From positions 62,001-122,377 of IMG/VR virus record IMGVR_UViG_3300042519_000373: a DNA stretch of 60,377 nucleotides. One strand, written 5' to 3'. Of this stretch, positions 27,825-36,708 are shown piece by piece. Under the pieces are notes generated by a model. That model was given only the letters and a program-made list of their open reading frames with translations. It was not told the DNA's origin and ran no database searches. Numbering within the stretch: the first letter of the stretch is position 1; each line of letters begins with the position of its first letter. Position numbers and translations under genes: made by a program. Source of the DNA: an uncultured virus (IMG/VR IMGVR_UViG_3300042519_000373) (taxonomy: Duplodnaviria; Heunggongvirae; Uroviricota; Caudoviricetes).

Positions 27825-28300
27825 TTCTTTGCTCCTTCTGCGGCTTTGTTCATTTCAGTAGCAGCATTATGTAGCTCAATAATTTCTTTTGGAACTGGAC
27901 AAGTTTCGATATATTTGACAATTTCTTCTTTCTTGATAATTTCTTTATCAATATATCTTGTAATATATTCAGTTTTGCCTTTGACAAATTCTTTTTGTTT
28001 TACAATCTTTTCTTGTATAACAGTATTTGTCTGTTTGCTTTCTTGTTCGGCTATTACTAACTTAGCTTCTAATTCTTTTACTCGTGCTTCCCACTTTGCT
28101 TCATTGGCAATTACTCCTTGAAAGTAAACTCCCACTAACAAAGCTAAAATACCGCCAACCTGTAAAGGCAAGCGGTATGTAGAAACAAAAGGAATGAACT
28201 TGAGAACAAATGATGCTAGCACCGCCAGCACTCCTGCTATTAATACTAATGCCCAAAACCAATCAGGTAATAGACCTAGCATCCAAGTTAATTGCCACAT
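27821..28300 (-). CDS. i-spanin-like protein (Rz)
   Basis: N-terminal TM segments then coiled coil; follows the endolysin. Confidence 0.7.
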   Translation of the reverse strand: MWQLTWMLGLLPDWFWALVLIAGVLAVLASFVLKFIPFVSTYRLPLQVGGILALLVGVYFQGVIANEAKWEARVKELEAKLVIAEQESKQTNTVIQEKIVKQKEFVKGKTEYITRYIDKEIIKKEEIVKYIETCPVPKEIIELHNAATEMNKAAEGAKK

Positions 28301-28301
28301 T

Positions 28302-28931
28302 TTAGTGTGCTCCTAGAACATGCAATGCGTGATTGTAATGCTTAATACGATCTTCTAAACCAATAAAACCGCCGTTGATTTTTTTGGTCATTGTTTTAAT
28401 ATCGCCAGCATCTGCTTCTTTATTCAATCCAGTGCTTTCCCAGAACCAACACGCTGATTGTACAGCACCTTCAAATGTTGCCAAGTATTCAGGAACCTCT
28501 TCGACAGACATTTCTAAACTAGCAGCAAACCAAGAATAGTTTTCTTTACCAGTTAACTGAATTAATCCACGACCACAATAACGGAATCCGTCTCCGCTTG
28601 CTTCGCTACCGTTGCCCATACGATTCGCATAAACTCTGTTAGCAATTGCTTCTTGCTTGTTAGCGTATTGTGCGGCCATTTCATCACTTGTGAAATATTT
28701 AGGAAATACTTTCCTTAATGTCACTGCACGGTAGTTTAAGTTTTCTTTAAGTGCTCTAAAGCCGCCACTTTCGTGAGCACATTGAGCAACAAATGCTGCT
28801 ACACGTTCTGGTGTGTTGATCTGGTATTCTGGCAAAATTGCATATAATGCATCATACCATTGATCCACATACGGATTGCCGTGAATCATTTCTTCTAGAT
28901 GTTCTTTTTTAAAATCAAATGTAAAGCTCAT
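28302..28931 (-). CDS. Endolysin, glycoside hydrolase family 19
   Basis: AQCAHESGGF, ENLNY, YANRMGNG, GRGLIQLTGKENY, TKKINGG. Confidence 0.9.
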   Translation of the reverse strand: MSFTFDFKKEHLEEMIHGNPYVDQWYDALYAILPEYQINTPERVAAFVAQCAHESGGFRALKENLNYRAVTLRKVFPKYFTSDEMAAQYANKQEAIANRVYANRMGNGSEASGDGFRYCGRGLIQLTGKENYSWFAASLEMSVEEVPEYLATFEGAVQSACWFWESTGLNKEADAGDIKTMTKKINGGFIGLEDRIKHYNHALHVLGAH

Positions 28932-28980
28932 TATTACCTCTTATGTTTTCCGCCGCATTTAGGGCATTCTTCTTGATCCA

Positions 28981-29727
28981 TTACCATCGTTCCTTTTTAA
29001 AAACTAACGCTGTATCTCCATTACGAACTAAAAATTTATCATTAATTTTATGTATTTCGTAAGGACCTAAATATTTTTCTAAAAAATTAACCTGACTTTG
29101 GCTAGCTTCGTCTAACTGAATAGCACCTTGTAAGCTGTCTTGTATTTCTTGATACGGCCCCATTGCTAATAGTTCTAAATTAACAGATCCTGAAAATGGC
29201 TTAGAAATAGTAACGCTGTGATTCTCGTCAATTTTTACAGAATCAAACGGAGTTCTATCAAAGAATTCTTTAATAGCGTCTCCTTTAATTTCTAGCATTT
29301 TATTTTTGTAATCTTCTTCAGACAACGGAATGTCTTCTTGGATTGCCTGTTCGCTAAACGCTCTGCTTTTTCCGCCTTTATGGTATCGGTATCTCCAATC
29401 AACACTGTCGACCAGTTGACCAACGCCACTTAACAAATCTCTAATTTGTCCAGGCAAATGTTTAGTTCTTTGTATTTCTACAAACACTTGATATTTGCCA
29501 TCTCTCTCTTCTCCGCTGCTCATGTCAGCATCGAGTACAAAAGGATAGCCCTTTTCAATAAACTCCATCAAATCGATAGCAGGATGCTTATCGTTAACTT
29601 TAAATCCTAAGACTAGTACATCGGAGTCTTGCCCCATCTTGCTAGTATATTGATCAATAGTAAAAGTTGTATCTACAAATCCTTGCAGATCACCTCTCCT
29701 AAGACCTTCAAACAACTGGTGCTTCAT
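28981..29727 (-). CDS. Conserved hypothetical protein
   Basis: Likely start MKHQLFEGL at 29727 after the SD AGGAG. Confidence 0.7.
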   Translation of the reverse strand: MKHQLFEGLRRGDLQGFVDTTFTIDQYTSKMGQDSDVLVLGFKVNDKHPAIDLMEFIEKGYPFVLDADMSSGEERDGKYQVFVEIQRTKHLPGQIRDLLSGVGQLVDSVDWRYRYHKGGKSRAFSEQAIQEDIPLSEEDYKNKMLEIKGDAIKEFFDRTPFDSVKIDENHSVTISKPFSGSVNLELLAMGPYQEIQDSLQGAIQLDEASQSQVNFLEKYLGPYEIHKINDKFLVRNGDTALVFKKERW

Positions 29728-30268
29728 TAGGTGCTCCTCCTGCAACTTGGCCGCCTGCTGCGGCTTCTTCTCCACCTCCAGCAACAGCTGATTGATTTGC
29801 CTGCTGTAACTGTTCGTATTTTAGTGAATCTGCCAACGCACTATTCTCTCGATCTTCGTATCCTTGGAAGATATCCTGCATTAATTTTTTAGGAATAGTG
29901 ATAGTCACAATCCAAACAGGATGTGCATCTAGTTTTCCTTTTTTAGTATTAGGTCTAAAATCATCTGGACTATATACTTTTCTAGGAACGAGTAGATTGT
30001 CTTTCTGATAAGTGATTTTGCAACCATAGTCTAACAATCTTTCGCCGCCACTAGGATCAGGCATCTCTTCACGAGGCCACATAAACTTGCAGGTAACTGA
30101 ATACCTGTTTACAGTAGGACCTTCGATAAGTTCACCGTCTTCCCAGTTTTTAAACACATAGATATCTAACTCGTCGATTACACGTTCAAAATCTTTTAGG
30201 ATTTGAAATGCAGTGTCGTTAGAGCTTAGAGTCTGTACGTTTTTAATAATATCTACAATATCGTGCAT
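29708..30268 (-). CDS. Conserved hypothetical protein
   Basis: 186-aa ORF preceded by TATAAATA. Confidence 0.7.
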   Translation of the reverse strand: MHDIVDIIKNVQTLSSNDTAFQILKDFERVIDELDIYVFKNWEDGELIEGPTVNRYSVTCKFMWPREEMPDPSGGERLLDYGCKITYQKDNLLVPRKVYSPDDFRPNTKKGKLDAHPVWIVTITIPKKLMQDIFQGYEDRENSALADSLKYEQLQQANQSAVAGGGEEAAAGGQVAGGAPNEAPVV

Positions 30269-30285
30269 AGGGGTTCTCTTTGTAA

Positions 30286-30293
30286 TATTTATA
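30286..30293 (-). promoter_or_regulatory. T4-type late promoter TATAAATA
   Basis: Exact TATAAATA on the minus strand, 17 nt before the ATG at 30268; the TAAATA core recurs before many other genes. Confidence 0.6.
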
Positions 30294-30376
30294 CGATTCG
30301 AAAGAACCCTATTTGATTAGCTTTTTTATACTCTTGAGTAAATATCTATGCAGGTCGCTCACAAAGGAGGCATAAT

Positions 30377-31117
30377 TTGTCTAGAGCAAAACGTAAGGAA
30401 AGAGTAATGGCTCGTCCCGAACAAGGTCAAAATCTGATTCAAATGAATCAATATCTGCGTAAAAAAACACAGGTCAATATAGTTCCGCGAAATCTTTCGC
30501 AGGAAACATACTTAGAACTGCTGAAAAATCCTCGAAAATACATTGTTTTTGCTATTGGTCCAGCCGGCACGGGTAAAACTATGCTAGCCGTTCAAATGGC
30601 CATTAAGTTGTTTAAAGAGGGTGCAATCAGTAAGATCATTGTAACCAGACCTGCGGTTAGCGTAGATGAGGAACACGGTTTTTTACCGGGTGATTTGAAT
30701 GCTAAGATGGCACCTTGGACAAGGCCCATTTTCGATGTATTTGAAGAGTATTACCATCCAAAAGAAATAGCAGAAATGCTAGAGGATGGAGCGATTGAAA
30801 TATCGCCGTTAGCTTATATGCGAGGCAGAACCTTTAAGAACGCCTTTGTCATTGCTGACGAAATGCAAAACGCCACACCGTCACAGATGAAAATGTTATT
30901 AACTAGATTAGGCGACGGCAGTCGCATGGTAGTCACAGGAGATTTGAATCAAGCGGACCGTCCTAGAGAGAACGGCTTGCTAGAATTTTGCAGTTTATAC
31001 GCCCAAGGAGGTGAGTATCGTATGATTGCGATGGCAAGGTTTGAAACAAAAGACGTTGAACGTCACCCTGTAGTTCGAGAAGTATTAAAGATCTATAAGG
31101 AATCAGATAACGAATAA
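30377..31117 (+). CDS. phoH: PhoH-like ATPase
   Basis: GPAGTGKT, TRPAV, GFLPG, LAYMRGRTF, DEMQN, TGDLNQAD, RHP; TTG start with SD AAGGAGG. Confidence 0.95.
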   Translation: MSRAKRKERVMARPEQGQNLIQMNQYLRKKTQVNIVPRNLSQETYLELLKNPRKYIVFAIGPAGTGKTMLAVQMAIKLFKEGAISKIIVTRPAVSVDEEHGFLPGDLNAKMAPWTRPIFDVFEEYYHPKEIAEMLEDGAIEISPLAYMRGRTFKNAFVIADEMQNATPSQMKMLLTRLGDGSRMVVTGDLNQADRPRENGLLEFCSLYAQGGEYRMIAMARFETKDVERHPVVREVLKIYKESDNE

Positions 31118-31147
31118 ACACCACATTCGCTAAACATAAATCGTACG

Positions 31148-31196
31148 ATCAGGTAGTGTAACCGTTTATCCGGCCTGCACACTACCTGATTTTTTT
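31148..31196 (+). terminator. Intrinsic terminator between the convergent phoH and clamp loader genes
   Basis: 12-bp stem atcaggtagtgt/acactacctgat, 19-nt loop, then a T run. Confidence 0.7.
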
Positions 31197-32118
31197 ATTG
31201 TATTCTAGCTAATTTAATTATAGTTGCTGCCAGATTAATTTCTGGATCTGCAATAATAGTGTGGTCAACTAGTCCTTGTTTGATAATAAGGATAGCAGCA
31301 TCCTTAGTATCTTCGTCAGTGCTGAACAAGTCTAGGTTATCATATAGCCATCTAAAGATTTCATCAATCTCCTCAGGTCTAGCTTTACTACATACTAGTG
31401 TTCTTGCTTCTTTAAACTTTTTCTTTTTAAAGAGATCAACCATATCAATCTTCCAATCTGATGTAGTGGAAGTTTCTGACGTTGGCTTAACTAATTGTCC
31501 GCCCTGCACATGTTGTTGTACGGTATTAATACATTTACGCAAGTCCGGGTATGTTGCTTTGACGAAAGTATCAAGATCGTCTAATTCAAATTCAATATTC
31601 TCTTCTACCAGGATGACCGCAACTCGTCCGGTGAACTCGGTTTGATCGACTCTGTCGATGTGGAATCCTTGACATCTACTGTGGATAGCAGGGATAATAC
31701 GAGCAGGATAATTGCAAGTAAGTATGAAACGAGCGGTCGAAGCAAACTGCTCCATAACTCCGCGGAGGGCAGCTTGTGCATTAGGTGTAAGATAATCTGC
31801 TTCATCAAGTAGTACAACTTTAAAAGGTCCAAAAGGAATCATTGAAACAAAGTTTGTGATTTTGTCTCGAACATCTTCAACTGAGTTAGTACGACTGGCG
31901 TTGATTTCCAACACATCAAATTCTTCAATGCCTAACTCGTTAATTAATAATTTAGCCATAGTAGTCTTGCCGATTCCGGCAGTACCACTGAGCAACAGAT
32001 GAGGGATACTCTTGTCCTTAATCCATGTATTGACCTGCCTGCGTTGCTGTGCATCTTTGAACACATAGCCGTCAACTGTCTTTGGTCTGTATTTTTCTAC
32101 CCAGAGTTCTTTGCTCAT
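31195..32118 (-). CDS. Clamp loader ATPase subunit (RFC small/gp44-like)
   Basis: LWVEKYRP, GTAGIGKTT, EINAS, LDEAD, SRC motifs. Confidence 0.93.
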   Translation of the reverse strand: MSKELWVEKYRPKTVDGYVFKDAQQRRQVNTWIKDKSIPHLLLSGTAGIGKTTMAKLLINELGIEEFDVLEINASRTNSVEDVRDKITNFVSMIPFGPFKVVLLDEADYLTPNAQAALRGVMEQFASTARFILTCNYPARIIPAIHSRCQGFHIDRVDQTEFTGRVAVILVEENIEFELDDLDTFVKATYPDLRKCINTVQQHVQGGQLVKPTSETSTTSDWKIDMVDLFKKKKFKEARTLVCSKARPEEIDEIFRWLYDNLDLFSTDEDTKDAAILIIKQGLVDHTIIADPEINLAATIIKLARIQ

Positions 32119-32537
32119 GATTTTAAATGTTCCATAGTAATAATCTTATCAATCTCTTTACCAAAATCTGCATCGTTGTTAATGACGTACAAACCGTTTG
32201 TATTGCGGTCTGTCTTCTTGTCATAGCGGCGTGTCTCAATAACTCTACCACCATTAGCATTATACACAGTGAATTGAATTGCACGTTCTGGCTGATCAAT
32301 ATTTGGAGGGCCTACACTAATTAAAGAACCAGATAATCGACTTATTTTCTGTGCTGATTCACGTTCTTGATTCTGACGCTTTTCAAAATCGGCACCTTCT
32401 ACCAACTTCTTCATGAGCCATCGAGAAAAGAATCCTGGCTTTTTAACTTTCTTTTTTTGTAGTGCAGATTCGATTCTGTACTCTACATCTGTTTCTTCTG
32501 CGTATTTTGCCGACGCTATTGCTGCACCGTAGTTCAT
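32115..32537 (-). CDS. Hypothetical protein
   Basis: Coupled ORF. Confidence 0.65.
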   Translation of the reverse strand: MNYGAAIASAKYAEETDVEYRIESALQKKKVKKPGFFSRWLMKKLVEGADFEKRQNQERESAQKISRLSGSLISVGPPNIDQPERAIQFTVYNANGGRVIETRRYDKKTDRNTNGLYVINNDADFGKEIDKIITMEHLKS

Positions 32538-32962
32538 TATTGATATTCCTTATCTAAGGTAGTGTTGGTAAGTCCGGCAATAACTTGGAAGTTATCCCAC
32601 GCTTTCTTAGCGGCTGGATTTGTTTCCAGTTCACTACTTGGCAAGACTGCTTCTAGCCAAATTTCAGGACGGCGGCGGGGATGAGCTCCAAACTGTCGAG
32701 GTTGATGCATCTTGCCATCTGCGTAAAGCATAATGCTGACGCTACGGAATTTGTCCTCGTCATCTTTACTATGAAAATCGTAATCACTCCATTCGGGATT
32801 GCTCAGCCCGCCATAGCAATATCCAGACCAAATTCCTGCCCATTGTTCGTCATCACGTGGATCAAAATTTGTACGAGTAATTAAAACTAGTACATCTTCT
32901 ATGCCAACTCGACCTTCTACAATGTCCAGGACACACCGGCTGTAACTTAATCCGATTTTCAT
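32537..32962 (-). CDS. Hypothetical protein
   Basis: Coupled ORF (MKIGLSYSRC...HQPRQFGA). Confidence 0.65.
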   Translation of the reverse strand: MKIGLSYSRCVLDIVEGRVGIEDVLVLITRTNFDPRDDEQWAGIWSGYCYGGLSNPEWSDYDFHSKDDEDKFRSVSIMLYADGKMHQPRQFGAHPRRRPEIWLEAVLPSSELETNPAAKKAWDNFQVIAGLTNTTLDKEYQ

Positions 32963-33111
32963 TTCTTTTCTCTCAGTAGTTCTTGCTTCATTCTATCCCG
33001 CCACCTAACTGCGTCTTCTTCGTAGTCAAAATGCGGGCTCAATTCTAAGTCTTCATTTAGGTCGTCAACCCAAACATATATTTCTTTATAGTCGTCACAG
33101 AGTAATTTCAT
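32959..33111 (-). CDS. Small hypothetical protein (50 aa, below the ORF-track cutoff)
   Basis: MKLLCDDYKEIYVWVDDLNEDLELSPHFDYEEDAVRWRDRMKQELLREKK; ATGA overlaps at both ends. Confidence 0.65.
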   Translation of the reverse strand: MKLLCDDYKEIYVWVDDLNEDLELSPHFDYEEDAVRWRDRMKQELLREKK

Positions 33112-33569
33112 TCTGCAAACCTTGCTTTACGTTTAGCTTCGTATTCTTCAAAATGTTTATCACATACATTCTTAATCCAACCCGATGTCTGTTTAGTAGC
33201 AGGTGAACCGCAATCTTCGCAAGATCTTTGTGCCCAGCTTTCTGCCATTCTAACCATTCCGCTAATTTCGTCGTCACCACCATCGTAGTAGAAACGTAGT
33301 CCGCCAAATTTTTCTTTAATTTGACGAACTACAACTTGTTCTACTTCGTCTGGAATATCGTGATTATACGGATTGTCTTCTAATAATTGAGCACGAGTCT
33401 TATTCTTCCAATCAATATGGCCCTGAATATTAACACACAATGCTTCAAGAATAGGCCACCAGCCTTCACCGCAGGCAAATCCACCGTATCCTTCTTCGAA
33501 CATTTTTGGAAAGCGAGTTTCCATTTGTTCAGCAAACACCTCATAAGGTTCTAGTTCTTCATCACCCAT
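33108..33569 (-). CDS. Conserved phage protein (QIKEKFGGLRFY family, C-terminal CxxC...C)
   Basis: CGEGWWPI...QIKEKFGGLRFY...CEDCG...VCDKH; likely start MGDEE at 33569. Confidence 0.7.
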   Translation of the reverse strand: MGDEELEPYEVFAEQMETRFPKMFEEGYGGFACGEGWWPILEALCVNIQGHIDWKNKTRAQLLEDNPYNHDIPDEVEQVVVRQIKEKFGGLRFYYDGGDDEISGMVRMAESWAQRSCEDCGSPATKQTSGWIKNVCDKHFEEYEAKRKARFAE

Positions 33570-33570
33570 T

Positions 33571-34419
33571 TTACACCTCAAAAATAAAGTTATCATCAAA
33601 TTCTATTTCGCCAGGATAACCTCTAGGGTTGCATACAACTCTAGTGTCCCCTACCATATAGTCAAACTTCTGATGCATGTGGCCGTGTGTCCATACTTTG
33701 ATTCTAGGATGATCTAATATAAACTCACTCAGATTACTTGCATAACCACCGTTCATCAATGTGTCATCTTTGTACTGCTCTCCGATACTGAGGAAAGTAG
33801 GTGCATGATGTGTACATACAACTACTTTAGCATCTTGAGGTAGTCCTTGTATAACTGTTTGAAGGTATTGCTTGGTCTTAATATGTTCAACTACTGCTCG
33901 CTTGGGCAAGAACTTTTTAAAGTTTTCGTTAGCAATGCGAATAATTCGGAAGTCGTTCATCATATTCTCAATATGATACAAAGTAAGTGCATCATGATTG
34001 TTCATGTCAGTCCACAAGGTTCCCCCAATGAAATGAACTCCGTCAATTTCTTTAGTGTTGTTGTCTAACAGATGAACATTGTCCAAACCCATACTAGTGA
34101 ATTCGTCCCTCAAATAGGTTGCACTACGATCAAACTTACCATGATAGTGTTCGTGATTACCCATCACGTAGATAACATGAGAGAATTGAAAACTAACACG
34201 CTTGAAGAAGTCTCGGAATCTTTGTGCTTTACCTGCTTGACGTTTAAGGTCTTCTAATGCTCCGGGGCTCCACGGATCAAACTGAGCCGCAGGATGATCA
34301 TGAAGATCCTGTGCTGTGCAAATGTCGCCAGACAGCACCAGTACATCTGCACCGTTTTGGTTTTGGAGATTCAAATCATGAAACTCTAGATGTAAATCTG
34401 ACGCTAATTGGATCTTCAT
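33571..34419 (-). CDS. Calcineurin-like metallophosphoesterase
   Basis: SDLH, GD, GNHE, THH, HGHMH, NPRGY motifs. Confidence 0.9.
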   Translation of the reverse strand: MKIQLASDLHLEFHDLNLQNQNGADVLVLSGDICTAQDLHDHPAAQFDPWSPGALEDLKRQAGKAQRFRDFFKRVSFQFSHVIYVMGNHEHYHGKFDRSATYLRDEFTSMGLDNVHLLDNNTKEIDGVHFIGGTLWTDMNNHDALTLYHIENMMNDFRIIRIANENFKKFLPKRAVVEHIKTKQYLQTVIQGLPQDAKVVVCTHHAPTFLSIGEQYKDDTLMNGGYASNLSEFILDHPRIKVWTHGHMHQKFDYMVGDTRVVCNPRGYPGEIEFDDNFIFEV

Positions 34420-34874
34420 TTTTTACTTTCTGCTTCTGCCACACGTTTGCGTAGGCTGGATGAACTAAAACTGTGATCTCTACCGTTAAAAACTAAGTTA
34501 ATGCCTCTTTGTAAGCAAATAGCTTTACCAGTAAATTCCTTCTTTTCGTACTCTATACCTAATATTCTAACATCAATTGGCAAAATGAGCAAGAGATCTT
34601 CAAGGTCTTTTTCAGTATTATACACCACAATTTCGTCCACGTACCGAGTTGCAGCCAATTGTATTTGTCGTTCTACAATACTTTGAATGGGCTCATTCTT
34701 TTCTGGACGATCCCACTTGGCATTGTTTTGCAAACCTGCAATCAGGTAATCGCAATGGTTGCGGGCCTCACTTAACATGGCAATGTGTCCTGCATGTAAC
34801 ATATCAAATTGGCTAAAGGTAATGCCAATCTTCATTCCTTGCTTTTTAAGTTCTTGTATTTTGTTGAAGATCAT
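34416..34874 (-). CDS. Cytidylyltransferase (TagD-like, HIGH family)
   Basis: FDMLHAGH, ER, YVDEI, RDHSFSSSSLR. Confidence 0.88.
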   Translation of the reverse strand: MIFNKIQELKKQGMKIGITFSQFDMLHAGHIAMLSEARNHCDYLIAGLQNNAKWDRPEKNEPIQSIVERQIQLAATRYVDEIVVYNTEKDLEDLLLILPIDVRILGIEYEKKEFTGKAICLQRGINLVFNGRDHSFSSSSLRKRVAEAESKK

Positions 34875-35044
34875 ACCACTTCCTCAACAATGCCTAGAAT
34901 TTCTGCTAGAATAAGCAAAGCACCGCACACAACTAATGACCCCATAATAAGGGCTGCACCTGCGGCAATACGTACTGCACTCTTACAAATGCTGACATAA
35001 AAATGTCCCTTGCTAGTATCTTTTGGTTGTACTTCAATTTCCAC
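34871..35044 (-). CDS. Small membrane protein (57 aa, GTG start)
   Basis: MEIEVQPKDTSKGHFYVSICKSAVRIAAGAALIMGSLVVCGALLILAEILGIVEEVV; AAGGA upstream. Confidence 0.6.
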   Translation of the reverse strand: MEIEVQPKDTSKGHFYVSICKSAVRIAAGAALIMGSLVVCGALLILAEILGIVEEVV

Positions 35045-35186
35045 GTTTGAAAAATCCTTTAATAGTTTGTATTAGATTGTAAAATCTAAAATGATAATTT
35101 GTCAGCATAGGCTCACGATAGGGGCAGCGGCCCTGATTATAGTCGCAATCTGGTGCGATTTCTTTCCTACAAAAATTACACTTCAT
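35034..35186 (-). CDS. Small Cys-rich protein (50 aa)
   Basis: MKCNFCRKEIAPDCDYNQGRCPYREPM...; ATGA-coupled to the upstream gene. Confidence 0.55.
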   Translation of the reverse strand: MKCNFCRKEIAPDCDYNQGRCPYREPMLTNYHFRFYNLIQTIKGFFKRGN

Positions 35187-35500
35187 TCTTCTTCCTTTAA
35201 CATTTTGTCAACAATTACATCTTCTCCAGGGAAGGTAGTAACATGATATTCTGTCTCACCAATTATATAGTACTCTGTAAAACTGTGCTGATTGTTAGTA
35301 GCCTTGAACGGCTCCATTAATGCTAACAACAATAAAACATTGTCCTTTTCTTTACCTTCCAACGTAATATGAGGCAGCCCCATAATTTTACGCAAAAATG
35401 TTTTTAACCGTGCAGGGTCTTTTTGCAGTTCATCTGTAAATTCTTTATACAGGTTTATCTGTGCTAAGGATGTTAATGATCCGTTTTTGCTCTTGCTCAT
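35183..35500 (-). CDS. Hypothetical protein
   Basis: ORF track; GAGGA upstream. Confidence 0.6.
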   Translation of the reverse strand: MSKSKNGSLTSLAQINLYKEFTDELQKDPARLKTFLRKIMGLPHITLEGKEKDNVLLLLALMEPFKATNNQHSFTEYYIIGETEYHVTTFPGEDVIVDKMLKEEE

Positions 35501-35693
35501 GTAACCATTCCTCTTCCGGACTAAATGTTGGACATTCTTTTAATAATTTGTCCAACTGCCATTTCAGTTGATACAGGTCTTGTTTAACACCCCAGGCAAC
35601 AAATCCGTCATTGCGTGGATTACTACACTCACGTGCCGCAGCACGTATTTGGTTAGTGGCTTCGATAATATCGTATGAATGTTTATATCCCAT
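35445..35693 (-). CDS. Hypothetical protein, probably leaderless
   Basis: Start MGYKHSY at 35693, 7 nt below a -10 box. Confidence 0.6.
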   Translation of the reverse strand: MGYKHSYDIIEATNQIRAAARECSNPRNDGFVAWGVKQDLYQLKWQLDKLLKECPTFSPEEEWLHEQEQKRIINILSTDKPV

Positions 35694-35699
35694 ACAAAT

Positions 35700-35736
35700 A
35701 TTGTAGAGATTAAAAAAGGGTCTGTCAAGACCCTTT
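35700..35736 (-). terminator. Intrinsic terminator whose loop is the -35 box of the next promoter
   Basis: mRNA: AAAGGGTC-TTGACA-GACCCTTTTTT; TTGACA-17 nt-TACAAT. Confidence 0.72.
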
Positions 35737-35740
35737 GGTG

Positions 35741-36106
35741 TTATTTTACAAACGGTTTTAAATCCGGCGGCGTCCAACCTATTGGCTTGAGAACCTTACC
35801 ATCTTCACGTTTGCGAACCTTGCCAGTTTCTTTGTCAATCTTGGCAAAGTTTGTGTTCATGACTTCTTTCCATGCACCTTCGGCATCATAACCTGCACTG
35901 TGAATAGTACCAATAGTAACAACTAGAATGTCAATCAATGCATCTAGCGTTTCTAATTGATCATGATTATTAATAGCTTCTTTGAGTTCTTTATACTCTT
36001 CTTCAATTAATCCGAGATACATTTTAAATTGTTCTTGGTTAAACTCTTCGACCGTTTGGTCACAGGCCCGCATAAACTTTTCTTGATCACGAAATGGGTT
36101 GGTCAT
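35741..36106 (-). CDS. NTP pyrophosphohydrolase (MazG/PRA-PH-like)
   Basis: LIEEEYKEL...DALIDILVV...EVMNTNFAK...REDGKVLKP. Confidence 0.82.
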   Translation of the reverse strand: MTNPFRDQEKFMRACDQTVEEFNQEQFKMYLGLIEEEYKELKEAINNHDQLETLDALIDILVVTIGTIHSAGYDAEGAWKEVMNTNFAKIDKETGKVRKREDGKVLKPIGWTPPDLKPFVK

Positions 36107-36483
36107 TGTTTTCCTACATTAGAAGTATTTTCAGCCGGTGCTCCTACTTGGAATGCAAATAATGCATCGTTAGGAACTTCGTCAGCTGACATTAGTATAG
36201 CAGCATTATCTACCATACGCAACTCGATCATCTCGCCATCTTCAAGTTCATATTCGATACTTCTGGTCCAACGGCCGTGCTCTACTAAAATCCATTCGCC
36301 TACTTTTACTTCTTTTTGTTCAGGACCGACTGCAAAGACCTTAGCCCATCGTGGATGAATGCCTTGCACCTTACCGTTGTCACTAGGAATGATAATACCT
36401 GAAAAAGTTTTCTGACTGTCAAAATTCATGTCCGACACAAGTACCTTGTCTCGAATAGGAACAATCTTTCCTATGACTTTCAT
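36103..36483 (-). CDS. groES: Co-chaperonin GroES-like
   Basis: PIRDKVLV, SGIIIP, VFAVGP, VKVGEWILV. Confidence 0.85.
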   Translation of the reverse strand: MKVIGKIVPIRDKVLVSDMNFDSQKTFSGIIIPSDNGKVQGIHPRWAKVFAVGPEQKEVKVGEWILVEHGRWTRSIEYELEDGEMIELRMVDNAAILMSADEVPNDALFAFQVGAPAENTSNVGKQ

Positions 36484-36698
36484 TTTTTACCTTTATTCAT
36501 AGTGGCGTTTGGATTACTTTCGTAATACGAATTAATAGTGTCTTCACGCTTCTTAACAATCCTGCCGCCTGGTCCTAATTCATCTCCACGAGCATTCATT
36601 CGCACATTGCCTACTGCTGGCATTAGTTGATTTTTTTCTAGAAGTTGGTCCATGTCAACTTCTTTGCCCTTCATTGTTCTATATACTTTACGTGTCAT
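36480..36698 (-). CDS. Hypothetical protein
   Basis: 72 aa (AVGNVRMNARGDELGPGG); SD AAGGAG. Confidence 0.7.
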   Translation of the reverse strand: MTRKVYRTMKGKEVDMDQLLEKNQLMPAVGNVRMNARGDELGPGGRIVKKREDTINSYYESNPNATMNKGKK

Positions 36699-36708
36699 TT
36701 TTGACTCC

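Noticed and set aside
35076..35105. Possible promoter CTGACA-18-TACAAT
   Set aside because: Imperfect -35 and spacing, and it lies inside the small Cys-rich ORF.
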